DNA from: an uncultured Clostridia bacterium
GTDB taxonomy: Bacteria > Bacillota > Clostridia > Christensenellales > CAG-138
Assembly (NCBI GenBank): GCA_946631895.1
Contig: CAMPAN010000004.1
Location: forward strand, 1 to 49,687
Direction of reading: 5' to 3'
DNA: 49,687 nt
The notes beneath the pieces were generated by a model. That model was not told the DNA's origin. It did no database searches and was given only the letters and a program-made list of their open reading frames with translations. The translations under genes were made by a program, and so were the position numbers. The first letter of the stretch is position 1, and each line of letters begins with the position of its first letter. Shown one piece after another: positions 37,539 through 46,701 of the stretch.

Positions 37539-38861
37539 ATGGAAGAACTCAGCAAAATCTGGTATGAAGCGCGGGAAAGCATTCGTCCGCAGATCTCATC
37601 GGTGACGTTTCACCGCTGGATTGACGCGCTCGATCCGGTGACCGTACAGAACGGGATCCTTGTTTTGGAAGCGGCGGACGACGTCGTGAAAAATACGGTG
37701 ACGGAGTATTATTTCGATCATGTCCGTTCCGCCGTACAGAAGACGGATCCGGATATTCTCGATATTCTTCTGATCCTGCCCTCGCAGCGGAAGGATTTCA
37801 TCAACAGCGCCGCGGAGGAAGTTTCTCTGAACTCTCTGACGCTGAATCCGAAATACACGTTTGACACGTTTGTCGTCGGAAAATCGAACGATTTTGCGCA
37901 TGCGGCGGCGCGCGCGGTCGTCGAAGCGCCCGGAAAGGCGTATAATCCGCTGTTTTTGTACGGCGGCGCAGGTCTCGGCAAAACGCATCTGATGCACGCG
38001 ATCGGTCATGCGGTGAAGGAGGAGGATCCTTCCGCGCGCATTATTTACGTAACCTGTGAAATGTTCACCAACGACTTTCTTCAGGCGCTGCGCACCGGTA
38101 AGATCGTGGAATTCAGACAGCGGTACCGCAACAACGTCGACCTTCTGATGATCGACGACATTCAGTTCATCGCCGGAAAGGAATCCACGCAGGAAGAGTT
38201 TTTCAACACCTTCAACACACTGCACACCACCGGAAAACAGATCGTGATCAGCTCGGACCGTCCGCCGAAGGAGATCAAAACGCTTGAAGAGCGTCTTTCC
38301 TCCCGTTTTGAATGGGGTCTCGTTGCGGATCTGCAGGTACCGGATCTCGAAACGAGAACGGCGATCCTGAAAAACCGCGCGCAGAACGAGCATGTGAACA
38401 TTGACGACGACGTGATCAACTTTATCGCGGAAAACTTCGTGGATAACATTCGGAAACTCGAAGGCAGTCTGAACCGTGTGATCGCGTACGCAAGGCTGAA
38501 GCGCCTTCCGATGACGCTGAATCTTGCAAAAGAAGCATTAAGGGATATGCTTCCGCAGAAAAAGGAGATCGAAATCACGCCGGAACGGATCCGGGATACG
38601 GTTGCGGAATACTATTCGATTCCGGTGGAAAGCCTTCTTTCGCAAAGGCGGGACAAAGAAGTCGTGATGCCGCGTCAGATCGCGATGTATTTCTGCCACA
38701 CTCTTTTAAGCCTTCCTTATAAAAGGATCGCGACGCTGTTCGACCGGAACGATCATACGACGGCGATCTCTGCCTGCAATAAGATCTCGCAGATGATCGA
38801 CGAGGATGCTTCCTTTGCCGATACGATCGAAAGCATCCGGGTCAGGATCCGCGAGGGATGA
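37539..38861 (+). CDS. dnaA: Chromosomal replication initiator DnaA
   Basis: LNPKYTFDTFVVG, YNPLFLYGGAGLGKTHLM, IDDIQF, RLSSRFEWG, PRQIAMY, DHTT; start is 37539 or 37518. Confidence 0.98.
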   Translation: MEELSKIWYEARESIRPQISSVTFHRWIDALDPVTVQNGILVLEAADDVVKNTVTEYYFDHVRSAVQKTDPDILDILLILPSQRKDFINSAAEEVSLNSLTLNPKYTFDTFVVGKSNDFAHAAARAVVEAPGKAYNPLFLYGGAGLGKTHLMHAIGHAVKEEDPSARIIYVTCEMFTNDFLQALRTGKIVEFRQRYRNNVDLLMIDDIQFIAGKESTQEEFFNTFNTLHTTGKQIVISSDRPPKEIKTLEERLSSRFEWGLVADLQVPDLETRTAILKNRAQNEHVNIDDDVINFIAENFVDNIRKLEGSLNRVIAYARLKRLPMTLNLAKEALRDMLPQKKEIEITPERIRDTVAEYYSIPVESLLSQRRDKEVVMPRQIAMYFCHTLLSLPYKRIATLFDRNDHTTAISACNKISQMIDEDASFADTIESIRVRIREG

Positions 38862-39105
38862 ATTTATCCACAAATTGCGGATCGGTAAAGTGGAAAAAAT
38901 GAGGACAATGCGGAAAGATTGGATAACTTGGATAAATACAATTCTTTTCCACAGACAAACCGCAGGGTCTCCCACATCAAAAATACCGGAACGGATGGAA
39001 AAATACCGGTTTTCCTTTTTTTCCACACCCTCTTTTAATAAGAATACTGCAAGAATAAAAAAAGAAAGGTACACACAAACGAAAGAATGGTGGATAACCG
39101 CCGGA
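38862..39105. other. oriC: oriC: DnaA-box cluster plus AT-rich unwinding element
   Basis: Perfect TTATCCACA at 38864-38872; TTTTCCACA at 38945 and 39019; GGTGGATAA at 39089; abutting degenerate boxes at 38900-38935; AT-rich, trio-like TAATAAGAATAC after the 39019 box. Confidence 0.9.
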
Positions 39106-39116
39106 AAGGAATCAAT

Positions 39117-40211
39117 ATGAAATTTACCATGCAAACCGAAGATCTGTGCTCGGGTGTGCTCTCCGTCATCAAAGCGCTGCCGGTGCGTTCCTCAATGCCC
39201 GTGCTGGAAGGCGTTCTGATCGAAGCGACGGCGGAAGGTCTGCATCTGACCTGCTCCGATCTGATGTTCCAAAAGGAGTGCATGCTTCCCGCAACGGTGG
39301 AGGAAGAAGGAAAATGCGTTCTGAAAGGAAAGTTTCTTTCGGAGCTTTTGAGAAAGCTGCCGAACGAAACGCTGTATGCCGAACAGGAAGGCATGATTCT
39401 GAAGATCAAAAGCGGCAGAGTCCGTCAAAGACTACAGTGCGTCGAGTTTGACGAATATCCCGTCATGCGCGCAAAAGGAGACGTCGTGGATATCAGGATC
39501 AATGCAACCGAGCTTCGGAACATGATCGATCATACGGTTTTTGCCGTTTCGCAGGATGATTCCCGCCCGGTGCTGAACGGCGCTCTGATCGAAGCGAATG
39601 CGGAACAGCTGACGTTCGTCGCGACCGACTCCTTCCAGTTTGCGATGACGACTCTGCACACCCCGAACAGCGGCGTCGAAAAGAACACGATCGTGCAGGG
39701 CAAGGTTCTGAACGAGCTTTCGAAAATGGCGGAGGAAACCGAAAAAGACGTTACCCTTTCGCTGACGCAAACGCATCTTACCGTACAGGTCAACGATACG
39801 CGTCTTACCGCTCGCCTTCTGGACGGAAATTATATTGATTATAAACGCATCATTCCGAAAGAATGCAAGACCCGTGTTCTGATCAATACGTCGGAGTTGT
39901 TTACCATCACCGATCGTGCGCAGCTCATTGCGCGTGAAGGCAACAACAGCATTATGATGCATTTTGAAGGAAATACGCTGACGGTCAGCGCGGAAAGTTT
40001 TGTCGGCCGCACAGAAGATACGATGGAAGTCAGCATCGTCGGCGATCCGATCGACATCGCCTTCAATCCGAAATATGTGATCAACATTCTACACAGCATC
40101 ACGGATGAAACGGCTTATTTCGAATTCAACAGTCCGATCAGTCCGTGCGTCATCCGTCCCGTGCAAGGCGATTCCTACCTTTATCTGATCGTTCCGATGC
40201 GCGTTTATTAA
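39117..40211 (+). CDS. dnaN: DNA polymerase III beta sliding clamp
   Basis: MPVLEGVLI, FAVSQDDSRPVLNG, VATDS, RLLDGNYIDYKRIIP, IAFNPKY, LIVPMR; ATG 39117 after AAGGA. Confidence 0.97.
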   Translation: MKFTMQTEDLCSGVLSVIKALPVRSSMPVLEGVLIEATAEGLHLTCSDLMFQKECMLPATVEEEGKCVLKGKFLSELLRKLPNETLYAEQEGMILKIKSGRVRQRLQCVEFDEYPVMRAKGDVVDIRINATELRNMIDHTVFAVSQDDSRPVLNGALIEANAEQLTFVATDSFQFAMTTLHTPNSGVEKNTIVQGKVLNELSKMAEETEKDVTLSLTQTHLTVQVNDTRLTARLLDGNYIDYKRIIPKECKTRVLINTSELFTITDRAQLIAREGNNSIMMHFEGNTLTVSAESFVGRTEDTMEVSIVGDPIDIAFNPKYVINILHSITDETAYFEFNSPISPCVIRPVQGDSYLYLIVPMRVY

Positions 40212-40225
40212 ACAAAGAATAAGAA

Positions 40226-40259
40226 GAATCCCTGCGAAGCATTTTCGCAGGGATTTTTT
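40226..40259. terminator. Terminator after dnaN
   Basis: AATCCCTGCGAA-loop-TTCGCAGGGATTTTTT. Confidence 0.85.
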
Positions 40260-40276
40260 CTTATCTAAGTTTGGTT

Positions 40277-41602
40277 TTACTTGATCTTATACTGCAAAGG
40301 AGATCCGTCGTTGAACAGCGCGTCTCCGGCAAGGATTCCTTCCGTATCATTCTTTCCGACAATAAACACCTTCAGCTTCGGACATTTCGGAAGATCGTAG
40401 TAATAATCGCTGAAAACAAGATTTTTGCATCCCGCAAGGTCGACGTTGGTCAGCCTCGGAAAATCTTTGAAATACGACAGATCGTCGATCCCTGTGCTGA
40501 ATACCTTCAGAACACTGAGCTTTTTGAGACCGGTCAGGCATTTCACGGACTTGATGTTTTTATTGCTTCCGATGTTCAGCAGTTCCAGATTTTTCAGGCC
40601 GCTCAAAGCGGTAACATCTTTCAGACTGTTCGTGTACAGATACAGCGTTTTCAGCGTCTTCAGATTTTTAATGTGCTTGAGATCGCTGTCGACCAGAGCG
40701 TTATCGGCTAAGCTCAGCCATTCCAGATTTTCGAGATTTTCAAGCGGCGAGATGTCATCGATCCGGTTGTGACACAGGTTCAGATGTTTGAGATTGGTCA
40801 ATTCTTCAATCCATTCGATGTCGGTCAAAGGAACGCCGCCGTTGTTGTTTCCGCAGGTTTTCAGTTCCAGATATTCAAGATCCTTCAGTTCTTTCAGCGG
40901 TTCATAGGTATCGAACCAGCAGAAATCCACATCCAGTGTTGTGAGGTCCGGGCAAAGCAGCACCATCATTTCCACTTCGTCTTTCGTGATGTGCGTGAAA
41001 TTCCCTTTGTTGTCGCCGTTGAAATTGAATCCGGAGCTTCCGCCGACAATTTCCGTGGTTCCGGCGGGAATGGTTACGCCGCCGAAGGTGAAGGAATCCG
41101 GCAAAGGCGTCGGCGAAGGCGTCGGCGTGGGCGAGGGTGTCGGCGTCGGAGAATTCGTGGGTGTGACGACCGGCTCGAAAGGCGTTTCCTTTTCACCGGC
41201 AAACGGCGTCGGCGTATCCGCTTTTACAAGAATATCCCCGGCAGTTTCGTCCGGCGCTTCTGATATCACCGGCGCTTGCGTCGGCTTTTCTTCTTTCTTG
41301 TTCTTTTCATTCCGCATCATCAGCATCCATACCGTGATAAACGCTGCGCCGGCGAGGATTATAAAAGAGAGAATGCAGATCAGAACGATCAGAAGCGTAT
41401 TCTTTTTTTCCGGTGGCCGGCTCTTTGTATAAACCGGAGGAACATAGGAATTTCCGTACATTTCCTGTTCTTCATAACTCTCATACGATTCCATATAAGG
41501 AACTTTTTCGCCGTACTGCGGATTATGCGATTCTTCGGAATACGGGCGGTTCTGATTCCCGTTTGTTCCGTATTCGTCCGGACGATAAGTTTGATTTCCC
41601 AT
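40277..41602 (-). CDS. Membrane-anchored LRR protein, paralogue of 19117-20376
   Basis: TM helix, PT linker, PDSFTFGG..HIT..LCPDL, LRR repeats. Confidence 0.88.
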   Translation of the reverse strand: MGNQTYRPDEYGTNGNQNRPYSEESHNPQYGEKVPYMESYESYEEQEMYGNSYVPPVYTKSRPPEKKNTLLIVLICILSFIILAGAAFITVWMLMMRNEKNKKEEKPTQAPVISEAPDETAGDILVKADTPTPFAGEKETPFEPVVTPTNSPTPTPSPTPTPSPTPLPDSFTFGGVTIPAGTTEIVGGSSGFNFNGDNKGNFTHITKDEVEMMVLLCPDLTTLDVDFCWFDTYEPLKELKDLEYLELKTCGNNNGGVPLTDIEWIEELTNLKHLNLCHNRIDDISPLENLENLEWLSLADNALVDSDLKHIKNLKTLKTLYLYTNSLKDVTALSGLKNLELLNIGSNKNIKSVKCLTGLKKLSVLKVFSTGIDDLSYFKDFPRLTNVDLAGCKNLVFSDYYYDLPKCPKLKVFIVGKNDTEGILAGDALFNDGSPLQYKIK

Positions 41603-41675
41603 ACTGTGCCCCTCCGTTCGTTTTTATCAGTATACCATATCATTGCGCCGGAAACAATATCGTCCGGTTCATTCC

Positions 41676-42248
41676 TTACTTTCCTGTTTTTTCCGCTTCG
41701 AGCGCCATGGAAAGCACGGTAAACGCCCACGGCGCAAACAGTTCCGTTTTTTCGATCAGCAATCCGTTCAGTTCTTCCGCGTTGACCCAGCGTGTTTCGG
41801 AAACCTCCGAGGGATCCGGATGCAGACAGCCGGCGAACCTTCCTGTAAACACGTGATCGCATTCATATTCCGAGATTGCGTCGGAAAAGACTGCGCGATA
41901 CACAAACCGCCCTATTTCCCTGAGATTTTCCGCCGCGCAGCCGAGTTCTTCCGTAACGCGCGCATATGCGGCTTCCGGAAGCGTTTCGCCGTCTCTCGGG
42001 TGCGAACAGCAGGAATTTGCCCAGAGTCCCGCGGAATGATATTTTCCCGCCGCGCGTCTGGAAAGCAGATATTCACGCCCGGATTCTGTCTCACGAAAGA
42101 GCAGCACGGAAAACGCGCGGTGCAAAAGTCCTTTCCGGTGCGCTTCTTCCTTGGTCGCCGTTCCGATCTTCCGATCCAGCAGATCCGTCAATATAATGCG
42201 GTCGCTTTTATGCGGATCGCATGCCATACTGTCCCGATTTTCCGTCAT
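41676..42248 (-). CDS. idi: Isopentenyl-diphosphate delta-isomerase, type 1 (NUDIX fold)
   Basis: KEEAHRKGLLHRAFS, GLWANSCCSHP, EELG, EYECDHVF, FAPW. Confidence 0.92.
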   Translation of the reverse strand: MTENRDSMACDPHKSDRIILTDLLDRKIGTATKEEAHRKGLLHRAFSVLLFRETESGREYLLSRRAAGKYHSAGLWANSCCSHPRDGETLPEAAYARVTEELGCAAENLREIGRFVYRAVFSDAISEYECDHVFTGRFAGCLHPDPSEVSETRWVNAEELNGLLIEKTELFAPWAFTVLSMALEAEKTGK

Positions 42249-43669
42249 CGCTCAAACCATTTCAGCAGTTTCTTTTTCTGTTCACCGGCTTTACCGGAAT
42301 ACGGATGCTCCCGAAGCGGCAGATTCATATGCGTCTTACCAAAAAGCACCGTCTGCGGATGTGTGAATTCGCGGAACCCCCATTCGCCGTGGTAGGCGCC
42401 CATGCCGGAATGCCCGGTTCCGTTGAACGGTACGCCCTTTACCATCATGTGGATGCAGACTTCGTTGACGCAGCCGCCGCCGAACTGCAGCGTGCGCATC
42501 ACGCGCTTTGCCCAGCGCTTGTCCGACGTGAACACATACATCGAAAGCGGATGCTCACGCGAGGCGATCACGTCCAGGATCCCGTCGATCTGCTCGTCGC
42601 GGAACGGCACGACCGGCAGCATCGGGCAGAACAGCTCGTGTCGTACGATGTCTTCGTCGATTTCGACCGGATAAACGATCGTCGGCGAAAACTTCACCTC
42701 TTCACGGTTTCCGGTCCCGCCGAAGATCACGCGGTCGCGGTACTGCTCAGTGAGACGTTCGCATTTTTCATAGACCTTTTCCGTGATGAGCCTCGGATAA
42801 TCCGGATTTTCTTCCGCTTTTTCGCCGATCTGCCGGACAAATTCCTTTTTCAGCTCCGTAAGGAACGGTTCGGCGATCTCCTCCGCGACGGCGATCTGAT
42901 TGATGTTGATGCAGATCTGTCCCGCGTTGCAGAGCTTGAAAAACGCGATCTTTCGCGCTGCGTCGCGGATATTTGCGTCTTTCCGGACGATGCACCAGTT
43001 TCCGGTTTCGCCGCCGAGCTCCAGTGCAACGGGGGTCAGATTCTTTGCCGCCATCTCAAGAACATGCTTTGCGACCGCCGGCGAGCCGGTATAGAAGATC
43101 TTGTCGAAGCGTTCCGCAAGACACATATCCGCAGTGTCATGCCCGCCGTCGACAACCGTCACGTATTCTTCCGGAAACGTGTCGGCGATCATTTTTTTCA
43201 GCGCCTCGGTGCACGCCGCGGACTTCGAGCTTGTTTTGAGCACCGCGGTATTGCCGCCGGAGATGCTTGCCGCGAGCACGCCGAGCGTCAGAAGGATCGG
43301 AAAATTGAACGGCGAAATGATCAGCGACACGCCGTACGGCATCTTATAAACCGTGGTCGACATGCTCGGAAAACACATCAGCCCGGAAAAATGCCGTTCG
43401 GGTCTTGCCCATTTGCGGATCCCCTTCAGAATCTCGTCGACCTCGACGATCACCGGTCCGAGATCGCACAGGTACGCTTCGACCGGACTCTTGCGAAGAT
43501 CCTCCCAGAGCGCTTTTTCGAGCAGTTCCTTATGATCGAGCACCGCCTTACGGAGCTTTTTCAGCTGTTCGATGCGGAAATCGACGTCGAGCGTCGCGCC
43601 GGTGCGGAAATACGCCCGCTGTTTTTCGACGATCGCATGGACTGTTTCCTGCGTATGCGCCATGATCAT
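42245..43669 (-). CDS. Aldehyde dehydrogenase (family 3 / fatty- or aromatic-aldehyde type)
   Basis: PYGVSLIISPFNFP, FYTGS, LELGG, NAGQIC, ELFCP, PFNGTGHSGMGAYHG. Confidence 0.92.
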   Translation of the reverse strand: MIMAHTQETVHAIVEKQRAYFRTGATLDVDFRIEQLKKLRKAVLDHKELLEKALWEDLRKSPVEAYLCDLGPVIVEVDEILKGIRKWARPERHFSGLMCFPSMSTTVYKMPYGVSLIISPFNFPILLTLGVLAASISGGNTAVLKTSSKSAACTEALKKMIADTFPEEYVTVVDGGHDTADMCLAERFDKIFYTGSPAVAKHVLEMAAKNLTPVALELGGETGNWCIVRKDANIRDAARKIAFFKLCNAGQICININQIAVAEEIAEPFLTELKKEFVRQIGEKAEENPDYPRLITEKVYEKCERLTEQYRDRVIFGGTGNREEVKFSPTIVYPVEIDEDIVRHELFCPMLPVVPFRDEQIDGILDVIASREHPLSMYVFTSDKRWAKRVMRTLQFGGGCVNEVCIHMMVKGVPFNGTGHSGMGAYHGEWGFREFTHPQTVLFGKTHMNLPLREHPYSGKAGEQKKKLLKWFER

Positions 43670-44463
43670 GCCTCCTTTCCGTCGCTTTGCTTGCGCGCAA
43701 GGAAGCGCTGCAGCATCCGATACTGGCTCTTCAGATAGAGGCTTCTCACCGGCGGCAGCACGTTCATCAGAACCCGGCTCGGCAGATATACCGGACAGGG
43801 ATAGACCTGCTTACGTCCCTTTTCCACACCGCGGATCGCGGCTTTTGCGACCGCCTCCGCCGTCTGCACCGGGAACGGCTGTTCCACCTTGTGTCCCGCG
43901 CCGCCGACCTGAAAGAAGTTCGTTTTGGTGGCGACGGGATAGACGCAGGTGATTTTCAGATTCTTCGGTGTTTCAAGGCGGATCGCCTGCTGAAAGCCCT
44001 TCATCGCAAATTTGGTCGCGGCATAGAGCGCATACCCCGGCAGCGCCATTTCGCCCATGGCGGAGATGGTGAACATCAGACGACCATCCCGCCCGTTCAG
44101 GTGGTTCAGGTATTTCGAATAGCTGTACATGCAGGAGAATGTGTTCAGCGAGAAGATCCGTTCGATCCGCCCCCAATCCTCATAGTCGTACCGTTCGTAA
44201 TACGGCGCACCCGCGTTGCAGATGAGAATGTCGATTTTGAAAAAGATCTCCTCTGCTTTTGCAAAGAGCGCGTCGACGCCTGCCTGCGTGCTGAGATCGC
44301 ACGGAAAGAGGGTCACGTTGTCGCCGAAGCCTTCGAGCTTTCCGATGCTGCGGCTTGCCGCAACGATGCGGTTGTTGTTCTCCTTTGCGGCGAGCATTTC
44401 AAGCATGGTCTTGCCGATGCCGCTCGACGCGCCGGTGATGACGATGGTTTGATTCTGAATCAT
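43666..44463 (-). CDS. Short-chain dehydrogenase/reductase
   Basis: ITGASSGIG, CNAG, YAATK. Confidence 0.92.
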   Translation of the reverse strand: MIQNQTIVITGASSGIGKTMLEMLAAKENNNRIVAASRSIGKLEGFGDNVTLFPCDLSTQAGVDALFAKAEEIFFKIDILICNAGAPYYERYDYEDWGRIERIFSLNTFSCMYSYSKYLNHLNGRDGRLMFTISAMGEMALPGYALYAATKFAMKGFQQAIRLETPKNLKITCVYPVATKTNFFQVGGAGHKVEQPFPVQTAEAVAKAAIRGVEKGRKQVYPCPVYLPSRVLMNVLPPVRSLYLKSQYRMLQRFLARKQSDGKEA

Positions 44464-44474
44464 ATTGCTCCTCC

Positions 44475-46553
44475 TTACCGATAGGAAACGGTCTGAATGA
44501 GTTCGTATGCCTGCCTGACGACGGTCTTTAAACTGCCTACCTTGTCGCAGTCGCCGACAAAGTATACGGGCTTGCCGCCCTTCCGTTCCTTTTCCGCCGC
44601 AAAGCGCGTGTCCGGCGTGTAGCCGACCGAGAGAATGACGGAATCCGCAGGCACGACCTTCTTGCCTTCGGGGGTGTTCAGCACGACGCCCTCGTCCGTG
44701 ATCGCCTCGACCGTCGCGGAAAGGTATGCCGGAACTTTATGGAAGCGCAGAAGCTCACGGAGCATCGACGAGTTTGCCATGCAGATGCCGCGCGCGCCGA
44801 CGAGGTACGGCGTCATTTCGACGACCGAAGGATGCTTGCCCTGCAGCGCAAGTTCATACGCGATCTCGCAGCCGGTTAAGCCCCCGCCGATGATCACGAC
44901 GCGGTCGCCGACCTCCGCCTTGCCGTCGAGAAAATCGACCGCCGTCACGGCTTTTTCCGCGCCGGGGATCGGGAGCGTCCTTGCGTGCGCGCCGGTCGCG
45001 ATCACGATCACGTCCGCGTCGAGCGCGTCAAGGTCCGTGATCTCCGTGTTCATGTGCACCGCGGCGCCGCTCTTTTCCAGCTGCTTCTGATACCAATGGA
45101 GCAGCTCCTTGTCCTTCTCCTTGAACGACATTGCCGCTGCGGCGTTGAACACGCCGCCGAGCCGGTCGGTCTTTTCATAGAGATCGACCCGGTGTCCGCG
45201 TAAGGCTGCCTGGATCGCGGTCTCCATGCCGCCGATGCCGCCGCCGATCACCGCGATATGCTTCGGGTGCTTCGCGGGCTCCTTGCTGTATTTCGTTTCG
45301 TTGTTCGTCCACGGGTTCAGCACGCACCGTCCCATCTCGACGTGCATCGGGTCGATGTCCGTGCCCTTGCCGTTCAGACCGAAGAATGTCAGGCACGCGC
45401 CGTGGCAGGCGATGCAGGGACGCACGTCGTCGAGCCGTCCCTCTTTGATCTTCGTTATGTATTCGGGATCGCACAGAAGCTGCCGCCCGACGCCCATCGC
45501 GTCGATGCGTCCCGCCGCGATCGACTCCGCCGCCGCGTCCGGCTGCATGCGTCCCGCGCAGACGACCGGCTTCGAGGTAAATTTCTTGATATGCTCGACG
45601 TCCTTTAGGTTCATGTTCAGCGGCGCGTACACCGGCGGATGCGCCCAGAACCACGCGTCATAGGTGCCGTTGTCGCAGTTGAACATGTCGTAGCCCGCGT
45701 CCTCTAAAATCCTGATCGCTTTTTCGGATTCCTCCAGCGAGCGCCCGACCTCCGTGAATTCCTCGCCCGGGACCGCGCCCTCGTTGAACCCGCGAGTCAT
45801 GGAGCGCACGGAGTAGCGGACCGACACGGGAAAGTCCGCGCCGCAGACCTTTTTGATCTCTTTGACGATGTCGCAGGCAAAGCGCAGGCGGTTTTCCAAC
45901 GAGCCGCCGTATTGATCGGTCCGGTGGTTCGTGTACGGCATGGCAAACTGATCCAGAAGATACCCTTCGTGCACCGCATGGATCTCCACGCCGTCGCAGC
46001 CGATCTCCTTGCAGCGAAGCGCTGTCTGTCCGAAGGCATAGATGAATTTTTCGATCATTTTGTCGGTGAAATGATCCATCTTCACCGACGGATCCCACAC
46101 GTTCGGCTCGTCTGGGTCCGGCGCGGACCACCACCACTTGCTTGCCAGCACCGGCGAGGCGAGCGTTTTCAGCACGCCCTTTTTGATAAACGGTTTGAGA
46201 ATCGGCGGCAGCAGCATCGAACGTCCGCTGCCCGCGCTGATCTGGAAAAAGACCTTCGCGCCGCTACTGTGGATGCCGTCGATGATCGGGCGGACCTTAC
46301 GAAACACCTCGGGATGCCGGTAGACCCACTTTTTGCCGATGATAGAGATCAGCGGAATCAGCCCAGGGATGAACAGCCCGACGTTCTCACTGCGGCGGTC
46401 CTCATAGAACCTGTCGATGCCCTTGACGACGCCGGTCTTTGCCTCCCACTGGATCATGTTCGTGCCCTCCATGGGCAGCATCACAACGCGGTTTTTGATC
46501 GTAACGTTTCCGACCTTCCACGGCGTGAACAGCGGTTCATACTTCGGATCCAT
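44475..46553 (-). CDS. NADH:flavin oxidoreductase (OYE-like ene/enoate reductase; FMN/FAD/4Fe-4S)
   Basis: IKNRVVM, DGVEIHAVHEGYLLDQF, RTDQYGGSLENR, CIACHGAC..C, GGGIGG, GGGLTGCE. Confidence 0.92.
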   Translation of the reverse strand: MDPKYEPLFTPWKVGNVTIKNRVVMLPMEGTNMIQWEAKTGVVKGIDRFYEDRRSENVGLFIPGLIPLISIIGKKWVYRHPEVFRKVRPIIDGIHSSGAKVFFQISAGSGRSMLLPPILKPFIKKGVLKTLASPVLASKWWWSAPDPDEPNVWDPSVKMDHFTDKMIEKFIYAFGQTALRCKEIGCDGVEIHAVHEGYLLDQFAMPYTNHRTDQYGGSLENRLRFACDIVKEIKKVCGADFPVSVRYSVRSMTRGFNEGAVPGEEFTEVGRSLEESEKAIRILEDAGYDMFNCDNGTYDAWFWAHPPVYAPLNMNLKDVEHIKKFTSKPVVCAGRMQPDAAAESIAAGRIDAMGVGRQLLCDPEYITKIKEGRLDDVRPCIACHGACLTFFGLNGKGTDIDPMHVEMGRCVLNPWTNNETKYSKEPAKHPKHIAVIGGGIGGMETAIQAALRGHRVDLYEKTDRLGGVFNAAAAMSFKEKDKELLHWYQKQLEKSGAAVHMNTEITDLDALDADVIVIATGAHARTLPIPGAEKAVTAVDFLDGKAEVGDRVVIIGGGLTGCEIAYELALQGKHPSVVEMTPYLVGARGICMANSSMLRELLRFHKVPAYLSATVEAITDEGVVLNTPEGKKVVPADSVILSVGYTPDTRFAAEKERKGGKPVYFVGDCDKVGSLKTVVRQAYELIQTVSYR

Positions 46554-46701
46554 ACGTACCCTCCCGAAACATTTTTCCTGATTGCTATTATAGCAGAACG
46601 GCGCGGAAAAACAAAGGGGAAAGCATATGCAATTCTGTTGCTTCCCGCATGGTTTTCTGTTATGATATTATCAGAGATATGTGCGAACGGAGGAACAGTA
46701 T

